Assembly (NCBI GenBank): GCA_050613775.1
Contig: JBODTK010000123.1
Span: 248,001 to 312,000, forward strand
DNA from: Neocallimastix sp. 'constans'
Taxonomy: Eukaryota
Reading direction: 5' to 3'
Length of the DNA stretch: 64,000 nt
Shown here: positions 26,827 through 40,318 of the stretch, piece after piece
Layout: each line of letters starts with the position of its first letter
Numbering within the stretch: position 1 is the first letter of the stretch
Notes under the pieces: model-generated
Told to the model about the DNA's origin: nothing
What the model saw: only the letters and a program-made list of their open reading frames with translations
Databases searched by the model: none
Position numbers and translations under genes: made by a program

Positions 26827-27345
26827 TTATGTGAACTAATGCCCTGGCGAAATCAAGTGTAGTTCAAGCGGCGAATGAAGGCATTCGGTATAGAGGTAGG
26901 AATGCACATCTATCTAAAGTTAAGTGTGTCAACTGCGCTCCTTTCTCACTGAATGTGTAGGTATACTACGTTCATGATGCCCTGCGTATTTTTTGATATT
27001 ACTTGCCAATCACTAAAACTAATTGATAATTGATAATGAGTCTCTCACCTCATCATTACAGACAATGAATAATAATATTATTTTTACTTATATATCAAAT
27101 TGATTGATGGATGGAACCCAAATACATTCAAAAAAAAAAAATTAAAATAATTTAATAAATAAAGTAATTTAATGATGATGAACACTGAGAACGAATAATT
27201 GTTACCATAGAGAAGACTTGATTATTTCTTTCTATCATATTTATCAAAATTTTAGAAAAAAAAAAAAAAAGAACATGTGACTAGTAATATTATTAAAAAA
27301 AAAAAAAAAAGACAAATTTTTTTGTATTACTTTACCTATGGTATA

Positions 27346-27376
<31 letters not shown>

Positions 27377-27490
27377 TGCCTCACAAAAGAGTAAACTCCT
27401 TTATGGCCACTAAACCACGTAGATGTTTATATATACTCTGACATTGTTGGACTCTTTTCCATATTTATTTTATGGTTTTTAAATTCATTG

Positions 27491-27521
<31 letters not shown>

Positions 27522-27558
27522 TTGATGTATTCTCTGTAGATACTCATTATGGTATTAT

Positions 27559-27595
<37 letters not shown>

Positions 27596-27662
27596 ATATT
27601 TTTATCCTTTTTTATTATAATATATATGAAAAAATAGGTTAACCTTTTATATATACTAAAAA

Positions 27663-27922
27663 GGGAGAGTTGCATTTCCCCAAGTTGCGTTTCGACAAGT
27701 GGAGTATTGATATAAATAATTGAATAAATAAATAAATATTAATTCAAAATATTTTTTTTTTTAAAAATTGTTTTTATTCAATATTAATAATAGTTAATTT
27801 TATTTATTGATTTATTTATTTATTTAATAATTTTCAATTTGGCGAAATGCCACATTTTTTTAATACACCACATGCTTTCAAAAAAATTGGCGAAATGCAA
27901 TTTGGCGAAATGTACCACTCCC
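27663..27922. mobile_element. 260-bp MITE with about 36-bp imperfect TIRs built from CATTTCGCCAA motifs
   Basis: Left end GGGAGAGTTGCATTTCCCCAAGTTGCGTTTCGACAA versus reverse complement of the right end GGGAGTGGTACATTTCGCCAAATTGCATTTCGCCAA. AT-rich non-coding interior; second copy at 33224. Confidence 0.8.
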
Positions 27923-28728
27923 ATAAAAAAATAGGCTAACCTTTTATATATACTAAAAAAAATTTTTTTTTTTTTTTTTTTTTTTTACTCTTTTTAACCT
28001 TTAAATACCCAAAAATAATTCATTTGACAGTCTAACCCTAAATCGAACAAGTCATTGTCTACACTATGATCGTGCTTCTTAGTAGTGCATATATATACCT
28101 GAAGTGGCTGGTTTAATATGTGTGGTTAAGTTATTAGTAATTTTTATAATATTTTATTTACTAAAGAAAAACAAAAACAAGAATAAGAATTAATATTAAT
28201 TATACTGTAAAGTATTAATAATAATATATACTTATTATAAATAAATATAATTAATATAATATAAACTATTATATTAATTATATAGACTTTAATATTTTAA
28301 ATTAAGAAGTATAATCTAATATTTATGAAATATATATCAGAAATGTAATATAATATATACAAAATATAAATAATTTAAAATATAAATAATAATATAAAAT
28401 ATATAATAATATAAATTATTATAATAAGATATAAGTTTAATATCTGAATATATATAAATATTCAAATATACAAATATGTTACTACACCTATTTGTTTTAT
28501 ATCAGAAACTTCCCTGCTAGAATTGAACTTAATTTTGCAAGAAATTAGTGAAATTTATAATAATTTAGATTAAAAATTTTTATATTAAATTTATAATAAT
28601 TTAGATTAAATATTTTTATATTAATTTATATTAAATTTAATAATAAAAAAAAAATGAAAATTTTAATAAAATTTTTTAATAATAAATTTTTTTTTTTTAT
28701 AAAAAAATAAATTTAAGATTTTGAAATT

Positions 28729-29800
28729 TCAATTTGAAATTTCATTTATTAAAAGGATATATATATTTTTAATATGGACGTTTCTTTCCAATTTTGTACC
28801 ATCCATAATATTCTGTAATTGAACTGTATTCCAAGATATATCCATAATTATATATGGACCAAGGAAATACGGTTCAAGTTTAGTCCTTTGGTGATTTCTA
28901 ATTTTTACCAAATCAACAATTTTAAAGTTTTCTTTATCTTCCATACTTTGTTGAGCTTGTCTTCGAGTTTTCCAATAATATATTGTTCCAAGCATTTTTT
29001 TTTTTGCTGCTTTTTCAACCCATTTAGCATGCTCAACGAACCTTTCCATTAATATTTCATCCATAGTTCTACTATTATCTTCCAAAATTGAGTTTCTTAA
29101 ATTTATATCTATAGGTAGTAATTCCTAATGTCCATATAAAAGTTCAAGACTTGAATAGTTACAGCAGATTTACCGGTTTTTTGTGCCCATAAAGCTAGCG
29201 GTAGCAAAATATCCCAATGCTTGTTATCATTCGAGAAATTTCTTAATTGCTTTCCTATTTCTCTATTTCTGTTTTCCACTAATCCATTTGATCCTGGATG
29301 ATATGTACTAACAAAATGAACGTACACATCATATAGATCTAAAAATATTTTAGTATAATCAGCAGTAAACTGTACACCATTATCTGTAATAATTAGTTCT
29401 GGCATACCATGTCTACTAAAAACTCTACTAAGAAATTTGTTACGTCCTGTGAAGTAACAGTACGAAGTGGTTTAGCTTCTACCCACTTTGTAAAGTAATC
29501 TACGCAAACAATAATATATTTATTACCTTGTTGTGTTTCTTTTAGGGGTTCAATAATATCTAAACCAACTCTAACAAAAGGAGCTTCTACAGGAGTTCCA
29601 TATTTTTCTGTTGGTTTCGGCAATGGCTCAGAACGATTTAGTTGGCATATTTTGCATAGCGAAATATATTTTTTTACATCTATTATTAAATTTTTCCAGT
29701 AATACTTTTCTTTTATTCTTTCGTAAGTTTTCTGAATACCTCAATGTTCTACTCTATGCTCTTTAGTAGCAATTTTAATTTTTTTTCATAGGGATCATCA
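28729..29800 (-). pseudogene. Gypsy integrase (frameshifted)
   Basis: PFVRVGLDII, VDYFTKWVEAKPL, ITDNGVQF, YHPGSNGLVENRN and the GPY/F motif KLEPYFLGPY. Confidence 0.9.
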
Positions 29801-30069
29801 ATAATTTTTCTTAATTTATTATCATCTCTAAAATATAATTTATTATCAATTTTAACTATTTTTTCGGTTAAAAATTTATACATAAATTCAGAAATAAAAT
29901 TTTCGTTCTCCTCCTGGGTGAGAATGGAGCTATCAATAGGTGAATTATAAACAAAACGGAGGAATCAATGGAACTATTAGAATTGTTAACAGAAGTGAAC
30001 AGAATATTGCTATTAAAAAAAGAATTAGAACTAATACAAACCTTAGTAAAAGAGAAGTCTTTACGAACA

Positions 30070-31270
30070 ACTCTAGGCAATGCATCAGCAATCAGATTAG
30101 CTTTACCAGAGTGATAAACAATATCAACTGGAAATTTACTAAATTTATCACACCAACGTTGATGTTTAAGAGTATTCGGCTCACAACTTTCGATAATAGA
30201 AACTAAAGGTTTGTGATCAGTATATAGAATGTTCAAATTGGACTAAGCAATAACGAGCAGCGGGGCCTTCAAGTTCAGTTGTAATATAATTTTTTTCTCA
30301 GATTTTTTTAAACTTCTACTAACAAAATAAATTGGGTGTTCAATATTATCATCATAAAGTTGTAAAAGAACACCACCAATACCATAACCACAAGCATCGG
30401 AACGAATAATAAAGGGAATATCAAATATTTAGAGTAACAGAGGATAGGGGCATTAATTTAACAATTCTTCAATAATTGAAAGCTATTGTTTTGAGAATCA
30501 GTCCAAACAAATGGAGTATTCTTCCTTAACAAAGAACAAAGAGGTGCAGATTTAGCAGAGTAACTGTCAATGAAATTTCTATAAAATAACCAGTCATGCC
30601 TAGAAAAGAACGAAGTTCAGATACATTAGTAGGAGGTGTCATATTCATAATGGAAAGAGTCCTCTTATCTAGAGGAAGTAAACCATCAGTAGTAACTTTA
30701 TGACCTAAAGCTTCAATTTCTGTTTGACAGAAATGGCATTTTTCTATGGTTAATTTTAAATTATATTTTCTTAAAATATTAAAAACTTTGGAAAGATGAA
30801 TTAGATGATTTTCAAAAACAATCGGAATAAATAATAATATCATCTAAGTATATTTGAACGCAATCATTTAATTAAATCAAAGAAGATTCGATTCATTTCA
30901 CGCTGAAAGGTAGCAGAGGGGCGTTAGTTAAACCAAAAGGCATGACTTTAAAACAGTAATTACCAAATTTTGTTGTAAAAGAAGTCTTTTCCATATCTTC
31001 AGCTCACATAGGAATTTGATGGTAACCACTAAATAAATCAATAGAAGAAAATATTTTTGCATCTTTCAAAGCATCAAAAATTTCACGAATTTTTTTTGGA
31101 GTGCATAGGCATCTTTAATAGCAATATCATTTAACTTCCTAAAATCAACACAAAGACGCCATTTACCATTTTTCTTTAAAACTAGGACAATAGTAGTAGC
31201 CCATGGAGAATGAGAAGGTTCAATTAACTTTTTTCTCCAATAATTTACGAAGTTCTTCCTTTAAAGCATT
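30070..31270 (-). pseudogene. Gypsy reverse transcriptase and RNase H (frameshifted)
   Basis: KWRLCVDFRKLN, SGYHQIP, VMPFGL, YLDD near 30840, ELRSFLGMTGY, RSDACGYGIGGVL and YTDHKPL. Confidence 0.9.
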
Positions 31271-31273
31271 AGA

Positions 31274-32044
31274 TTAAACCTGAGAAATTTTATACGCCTT
31301 TTGCTTAATTGGCATAGAGTTTTCTTCTAAAATAATATGATGAGAAAATAATTTAGAAGGTTCTGAATCATCAGAAGAAATGGCAATAATATCATTAAAA
31401 AATTTTTTTAATAATTTACAAAATTTTTTATAATCTTTTTTATTTTTAAATTTTATTTGATTAATAATAGAATTAATTGCATCATCTTTTTCCTTAGCAC
31501 TAACATTAGAATTAGATTCATTAGTATTAACAAATAAAGTGGCCTCAATAATATCAATTTTTGGTTCAGGAGAAGCACGTAATAAAGACTGAAAATGGAA
31601 AGTATTTATATCTTCTATATTACTAATAGGTACTAATTTATCGTCCATATTCATATAAGCAAGAACTTTATGAATTGTGTCAATAAGAATCCTGTTATCA
31701 GATTGTGTTTTAAGAGAAATAATCGCATCATAAAAAGGATCGTCTTTATCGGAAATTTTAAAATCAGTAATAAATTCGACAGAACCCAGTTTAACAGCTA
31801 AGCGAACAATATCATAAACATGACTTATATCATCAATCATCGCTTGCCTAATGGTACTTTTATTGTGGCCAATAATTTGATAATTTTTAACAAATTTATT
31901 TAAAAATTTACGTGATATTAAATTCCGATTACTACATGCGTCTATGAAAATGGAAGCAGGATAGCCATTAATATATCCACGTACAACTGCAACATCATGT
32001 TCGTGTACAATACTATTATTATTATTATTTAAATTATTAGCCAT
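31274..32044 (-). pseudogene. Gypsy aspartic protease region
   Basis: GYINGYPASIFIDACSNRNLIS (degenerate D-S/T-G site), followed by the pre-RT linker PIKQKAYKIS. Confidence 0.75.
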
Positions 32045-32099
32045 TTTACTATTATAATTAATATCACTATAATTTTCATTATAGTGATATTAATTTAAT

Positions 32100-32140
<41 letters not shown>

Positions 32141-32221
32141 GTTGTTATAATTATTGTTAAAATTATTACTCCTCTGTAATTCATTATTTAAATTCCTATT
32201 TTTATTTTGTAAATTGGTATT

Positions 32222-32875
32222 TTAGAATGAGCTATAATTATTATTTAATTGATTAAAGTTTTGGTTGGATCTATATCTACTAATAAAAGGATAATTATTT
32301 TGGATATTATTATTATTATTAATATTAAATTTTCTACCCTTTTGTATTGAGCGACTTCCGAGTTTTATTCTTTCTACTTTTTCTGCAATTTTGCAAGCAG
32401 CTTCAATAGTCTTGGCTTCTTCATAGGCTACCTTTTCATAAATATCAGTTCGACTACGTATGGAATTCTTGTAATCATAGACTGATAATTTTGCTTTATT
32501 CTTGGTAGATAATTGGCAGTAGTAATCCAAATACCTTTCATTAAATTCCCGGATACTTTCATTTGATATTATCAATAAGGTTTTTAATTCCCTAAATCTT
32601 TCATCTTTATTTAAATGATACCTTTCAAGGAGGATATCTCTTCACTCTTCTAAATTTAAAATTTTATTAGCTTCTACGAATTTATCGCTAACAATTTGTG
32701 TAGCTTCTTCTACAGTTCCTGCTAGAATGAACTGAAATCTTTTTTCGTCATCAGTAACCTTTTCCATCTTTAACCAATTTTTCATAAGAATGTACCAAGC
32801 TTTTACATTCTTATTATTTCCACCTAGAATTGGTAGTGGAATTTTTCTTCCTTCACGGTTGGAGCTCATTTTCAT
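32222..32875 (-). pseudogene. Gypsy gag (two frames)
   Basis: Position upstream of the protease; gag-like ESIREFNERY segment and AWY...WL helix pattern. Confidence 0.65.
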
Positions 32876-32892
32876 ATATTAAATGAATATAT

Positions 32893-32952
<60 letters not shown>

Positions 32953-32953
32953 A

Positions 32954-33187
<234 letters not shown>

Positions 33188-33223
33188 AATTTAAAGTTAA
33201 TAATAAACAACTATCTACTAAGA

Positions 33224-33362
33224 GGGTGGGGGCATTTCGCCATGTTGCATTTCGCCAAATTAAAAATTATTAAATAAATAAATAAATCAATAAATAAAAT
33301 TAAATATTATTAATATCGAATAAAAAAACAATTTTAAAAAAAATTATTTTGAATTAATATTT
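33224..33362. mobile_element. Partial second copy of the 27663 MITE, opposite orientation
   Basis: GGGTGGGGGCATTTCGCCATGTTGCATTTCGCCAAATT followed by sequence matching the reverse complement of about 27735-27850. Confidence 0.8.
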
Positions 33363-33749
33363 AATATCTGAATATATATAAATAGTCAAATATACAAATA
33401 TGTTAACATATCATAGGTTTCTTAATTTGGAGAAAGGTTAGGTAGTAGAGTAATAATAATGTTATAGTGTATATGGATGTGGCTTGCCGTATCCAACATG
33501 TTCTGTAATTTCGTCACTGAGAGCGTTGAAGTCAAAATGGTATGACATGGGAGTATTATATGTGGACATCCTGATACAATCCCACGATAAAGTTTGTCTA
33601 TGGTATTTGTTGTCTGTTGTGGCTGGGATAATATGATCAAGACTGACTTTCAAGGGAAAGTCTAAAAAAAATTTTTTTACCTTTAAAGATTTAAATAATA
33701 ATTATAACAATAATACTAATACTACTACTAATAATAATTTAGAGACAGA

Positions 33750-33780
<31 letters not shown>

Positions 33781-34289
33781 TTATATCAACAATACTAATA
33801 CTACTACTAATAATAATTTAGAGACAGATATATATATATATATATATTTTTTTTTATATCAACATTACAATTTTTTAAAAATAAAAATTAAAAATAATTT
33901 ATCAAAGCCTTTTTTTTTTTTTTTATTTGTAATTATATTCTTTTTTTTGAAGTAGTTTATTTTTTTTTTATTATAATTTCTAATATCTTTTTTTTTTTTT
34001 ATATATATTTATTATTTTTTTTTTTTTTTTAATTTTTTATTTATTTATTTATTATTTTTTTTTTAATTTTTTTTTTATTTTTTTATTTTTTTACTTTTAT
34101 TTATTTATTTACTATTTTTTTTAATTTTTTTTTTTTTTTCTTTTTTATTATGATTACAATTATATATTTTTATTATTATTATCATTTTTATATTTGCATT
34201 ATAATTTTTTTTTTTTAAATTACTAAAATGATATAAAATAATATATAAAAAAATTTTTTTTTTCTTTATAAATATAACTTTTCTTTTTC

Positions 34290-34617
34290 TTAATTTGATT
34301 TGGTATCATTTTCTTTTTCCGTTTCTTTCTTTGGTGAAGAAGATGATGCATCAGAAGCAGTAGATGCTTTCTTCATCTTTAACTTTCTTTCTTTAGAACG
34401 CTTTTCGGCCTTTTGACGAAGAACAAGATGACCAAAGACTGAAGTGTAGATGGAGGCTAAACCTAAACAACCTAAGGTTTGGAAAAGATTAAACTTAATA
34501 AAGAATAAAACTAAAATACCAATCATGGAACAAAGACTGATAATGAATAATACACCAAAAATTAAAGTCTTTGAATTGTAGAATAAACCATTAATGTTTA
34601 TTCCAATCTTGTTCCAC

Positions 34618-34648
<31 letters not shown>

Positions 34649-34790
34649 TATAAAAAATATATAAAAAAAGTTTAATAAATAATGAATTTATAATAAATAA
34701 ATAGATAAATAAAAAAAAATAAAAAAATAAAAATAATTTTTATGATAAATATTTATCTATATTGATTATAAAAAAATAATTACCAACCAC

Positions 34791-34834
<44 letters not shown>

Positions 34835-35799
34835 AATTATTACTATTGTAGTTGTTTTTACTATTTTTATTATTGTTATTGCTATCATGATAATTATTTA
34901 CTATCATTATTTTTATTTATAATAAAATTTATTCATTTATTTATATTTATATTCATATTATATTTCCCTCTCTCTTTACTTACGATGTAAATTAAGTAGA
35001 TCCATGGAATGAACATTAAACAAAAGACAAACTTAGCAAAAAGCTTATTTGGAGCTTTTGGTTCTGGCTTGAAAATATGAGGTTGATCTGGCTTTGGATA
35101 AAAGTTTGGACCTTCAGATTCCATGAGAGTTGGAGCCTTGTTTGGATCAGGTTTAGTTTCTGGAATTGAGTATTTTACTTCAATATCACCAAATTCATAT
35201 TCTAATGGAATATAATCTTTTTTAGGGGAAGAGAAACGAACAATCATAGAATAATCACCATTGTCAACCTTGACATCCTTTAAATTCTATTTTTATTCAT
35301 ATTAATAATATTAACCATTGTCAATTAATCAATAATAAATAGTATATAAATAAAATATTTAATAAAAGTTATAGAAACAATAAAAATTATTTTTAAATTT
35401 TATTTTATAATTTTATTTCAATAAAGAAACAAAATAATAATAATAATAATAATAATAAATAATAAATAATTTTATTATAATTTTATTATATTAATATCAA
35501 TATCATAAATTAAATAATATATATAAATATTGATAATTACAAGTCTGTAATTGCCTTCATCATTTGATTCAAAAATATATGAATTTTGAGATTTATCATT
35601 GGATAAATAAAACATAGCCTGTTCAATTTGGTTGATACTCTTTTCTTTATTATCTTTTTCTATAAGTTTTAATGAGATTTCTAAATTATCCATATTTGAA
35701 TATGTAATTTTATTTAATTTTTCTGGGTAATTTAATCTTTTGAAGAAAAAAATAATTAATCATAATACCAATAATTAAAACAATAATAAAAAATTATAA

Positions 35800-35835
<36 letters not shown>

Positions 35836-36046
35836 ATAACAAAGTAGATTATATCTTTTTAAAAATTAAATTTACAAAGTTAAAAATATATATATCTACT
35901 ATTTAAATTATATATATATATTACCTTTTGTCAACATTGTTTTCACCATGGACTTTTACTTTGAAAGATTCAAAATCCATTGCTTTTTTACAAAAAGCAC
36001 ATTGTAATAATAATGCTGCGTAAATTATAAATATAAATTGCTTCAT
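34290..36046 (-). CDS. SWP1: Oligosaccharyltransferase subunit delta / ribophorin II; exons 36046-35925, 35736-35541, 35286-34984, 34616-34290
   Basis: Signal peptide MKQFIFIIYAALLLQCAFC; FYPKPDQPHIFKPEPKAP motif followed by three hydrophobic segments and FNLFQTL...GHLVLR. All introns are GT-AG and in frame. Confidence 0.85.
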
Positions 36047-36388
36047 TTTTGATTTTATCTATTTATATAATATTTATTATTATTATTATTATTGTTATTA
36101 TTATTATTTATTATTATTTTTTTTTTTTCTTTTCAATTTCTGTTGTGTGCTTTTGTTTTTATTATTATTTTAAAATTTATTTATGTTATTATTGTTTATA
36201 TATATATAATTTAATTCTAATATATTCTATTCATCATTTCCAGTAGAATTTAAAAATATTTTAAGTTTTCATTATTGATATATTGTATTATTACAAAGAA
36301 ATAATGAGTGCAAGAAAAAAAAGAAAAAGGATAAATATAAATTATAATATATAAATGATAAGATATAATTATATAAATATGCAAAAAA

Positions 36389-36429
<41 letters not shown>

Positions 36430-37236
36430 AATAAAAAAATTTTAGTATTTTGAATTTTTATTTATATATTTGATTATTTTCAATTATTAAATTTATATAA
36501 AATCATATATTTATTTTTATAATATATATAACACGATCACATCATGATTCACGATCACTATTTTATTGTATAAAATATTTTATTAAAGGATTATCTATTG
36601 ACTTAAAAATTGTTATTTATCATATATACAATTTATTTTATTATTTTTATTTTCTATTTACTTTTTACTATTATTATAATTAATTAATATTTTATTTATA
36701 AATAATTAGTTGTAAATTTTAACATAAATGGTTTAATCATTTTTTAATAAATATAAGATAAAATCTTTGTAAATTTTACATACATCAAATATTAAGTTCT
36801 ATTAAACACTTTTCTTATAAATAATAAATATTTTAAATTGTTATATATATTAAAAAACTAAATACTGAATATAGCTTTAGTTATTTTATATATATTAATT
36901 TAAAATTCTATAACAATGGTTTAAAATAAATAAAAAAAAAAGAAGAAAAAATATATATTAATATATATATACTTTATATATTTATTTTATTATTTTTACT
37001 TTTAATTTTATTAATAATAAATTAATATATTAAAATTTTTTTTTATTTTTATTACTTAATTAATAGATTCAAAGAAAAAAAAAAAAAAAATTAAAATAAT
37101 CAATAAAATTTTTATATTAAATTTAATTTGATGATTGGAAATAATTGAAATCAGTAAAAGAAAAATTTAAAATAATTAAAATAAGAACAAAAATAAAAAT
37201 AAAAATAAAAATAAAATAAAATAAAATAAAATAAAA

Positions 37237-37396
37237 TAAATAGTAGAACATAAATATAAGTACAGATTGAATAAAATAAAATAAAATAAAATAAAATAAA
37301 TAGTAGAACATAAATATAAGTACAGATTGAATAAAATAAAATAAAATAAAATAAATAGTAGAACATAAATATAAGTACAGATTGAATAAAATAAAA
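37237..37396 (+). repeat. Three tandem copies of aaatagtagaacataaatataagtacagattg+(aataa)n
   Basis: Direct reading. Confidence 0.85.
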
Positions 37397-37630
37397 CTCA
37401 ATAAAATAAAAAAAATAAATACTTATTTATCTAAAAAATATTGTTAAAAAATAATTTTTTTTTTTTTTTTTTTTTTTTTTTGAAATAACTCATTTAGATA
37501 TTTTAATAATTTGATTTATTAAATAAGAATTAAACTATATTTAAATTATATATCTTTTTTATAATTTACAGTAATAAATAATATATTATAATTATTATTA
37601 AAGTTATCTTTTTTATTTGTTATTTTTTTT

Positions 37631-37661
<31 letters not shown>

Positions 37662-38044
37662 ATTAAATTTATATAAGTAATATATACAAAATACTAAAAT
37701 ATAATAGTAAAAACACAAAATTTAATATAATTATTTCCTTGTATTATATTTGTTTTGGTTTATAGATTTATTTTTGGTTTAGAATATAAAATTTAATATT
37801 TTTCATTAATTAAGTATTAAATCAAATATTTCTTCATATTGGTGCAAGAACATACGTTAATATAACAAATAATAACCATCAATTTCTAAGAGATATTTAT
37901 AAATAAATAAATATTTTTATTCATGGTGTATATATTATTAGATAATATTATTATTAGTAGTATAATATATATATATATAATTAGTTTATATTAATTCTTT
38001 TTTTAAAAAGGAAAGACATAAAATTTAAAAATACATATATAAAG

Positions 38045-39225
38045 TAATAATTTCAGTATTAGTGTTATCAACAGAATCTGTATCAGATCATTTCGACGTC
38101 TATACTCTTTTTGGATATTGAAATGTTAAGTCTTTGATTTCTGAAATAAATCCAAAATCATTCTCCTTGTAAATAATTGCTATTTTTAGCTTTTGAGGGT
38201 TTGAAGACATCTCCTTTCCAATAAAACCTTTTTATTTCATTTGATTTTTTACCATTTATTTTCTTATCCAAATTCCTAGTCCAAGAGTAATGTGACATAG
38301 TGGGAATATTATTAATGAGATGATTAATAATACATGATGAGCTTTTCCATTTTCTAAAGCAGTGTAATTGAGATATAGCATAGATAACTGAAAGCTGAGG
38401 TATTTTCAATTCATGAGTAATATCATTGAGACTAATATAAGAATTATGAGATTTAAATCCATAACTCCAGTAAAGTCCTCTGTTAATAATTTTTTGAGCC
38501 TTCGAGTATCTGCTTTTATTTGAACCAAAGAGAGGAGCATAATATAAAACAAGACTAAGAATAAAGGAAATTAAAACATATTTCTTTAATGGGAGAGGAA
38601 TAGATTTATTTATAAGAATTCGAAAATACGAATTTAATTTGACATTTAAATTACTGTTTAATTTGAATTGTATAGGTTTCAATGATAAAGATTCATCAAA
38701 AGGAATACCAAGATAAGTTTAGTTGTCAGTTTTAGGTAATTTGTTATTACCAATAAAGAAAGATGGATCTTTGTAATTTATCGGTTTTAACAAAGTTAAT
38801 CGGTTATACAACAAGAGTAGCACACTTATTATTTCCAAAAATCATTTCATTTTTAATAGCCCATTTATGAACCTTTTCCAAAATTTTCTTAAGATCAACT
38901 AAAACAATATCATCGGTAAAAAAGTCCACCTCAATAATATTGAAGATTCTAAATATATACCATGCTTATCACAATTATCCAGTACATCATTAATAAACAA
39001 ATTGAATAAAATAGGAGATAGAGGGTATCCTTGTCTAACATTACATTAATCGAAAATTTTTCAGAGAGATTACATTTAAAAAAAGCGCGAGCTTTAGAGG
39101 ATAGATAAAGGGTCCTTAAAAACAGATGATATTTACCTCTAATTCCTAAGTTATATAATTTGGCCAAAATATTAAAGATAGGAACTGAATCATAGGCTTT
39201 TTTTAAGATAAAGAAAAGCAAGATA
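38045..39225 (-). mobile_element. LINE reverse-transcriptase fragment, same family as 18444-19240
   Basis: KKAYDSVP, RQGYPLSPILFNLFINDVLD, FTDDIVLV and YLGIPF. The reverse complement of 38050-38108 matches 18927-19010 (agacgtcgaaatgat...gataacactaatactgaaattatt). Confidence 0.85.
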
Positions 39226-39426
39226 AATGAAATTTCATTTAATCTATTTTACTAATATAGTTAATTAACTATTTATCCATTCATTTGTTCATTATATATA
39301 TATATATATTTAATTATTTATTTATTCATTATATTATTCATTAATTCATTTTATATATATTTATTTAAATAATTATTACTTATTAACTTCTATACAATTA
39401 ATTATAGTAATCCTAATCTAAAGTCT

Positions 39427-39660
<234 letters not shown>

Positions 39661-39857
39661 CTTCAAAAACTCTTTTTATTTTTTTCCTTTTATTTTTTTT
39701 TATTAATTTTATTTTTAATAAAAAAAAAAAAAAAAACTTTTATTACATTATATTTTAAAAAATATTTACGTAATTAATTAAATCAATATTAAAAAAAAAA
39801 AAAAAAAAAAGGAAAACTTTTTTTTTTCTTTTCTTTAGTTAAAGATTCAAATAACTA

Positions 39858-39901
<44 letters not shown>

Positions 39902-40114
39902 TTTTAAATTTTCAAAAATAATTGAAATAGAAAAAATTAAGAGAGAGAAAATAAATTAGTATTAAAATAAATATTAAAAATAAAAATAGTATAAAAATAA
40001 TTTAAAAAAATATATAAATATTTTTTTTCTCAAAATTTATATATATATAAAGATAAATGTATTATATAATATATATATAATTTTAACTTAATTATATTTA
40101 AATATTTACTATAT

Positions 40115-40164
<50 letters not shown>

Positions 40165-40318
40165 TGTATATTTTTCATTTATTTTAAAATTTCCCTTCTA
40201 TTTTTCTCTATATTAATAATGACTTCAATTTATTTGATTGATTTAAAAATAAAAAAATTATTACTTATTTATTATTTTAATTTTTTTTTTATTTTTTTTT
40301 TTTTTTTATTCATTCCTT

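Noticed and set aside
26840..26910. HDV-like ribozyme (GGCGAATG resembles J4/2)
   Set aside because: I could not find matching P1, P3/L3 and P1.1 elements upstream.
27375..27460. Coding-like patch between A/T tracts
   Set aside because: Translations are short and unrecognisable.
33462..33653. HNH nuclease from the SLDHIIP motif
   Set aside because: Short ORF with no downstream N/H residues or Cys pairs in HNH spacing; probably chance.
36530..36560. Repeated CACGATCAC upstream of SWP1 as a regulatory site
   Set aside because: Two copies of a 9-mer with no independent support.
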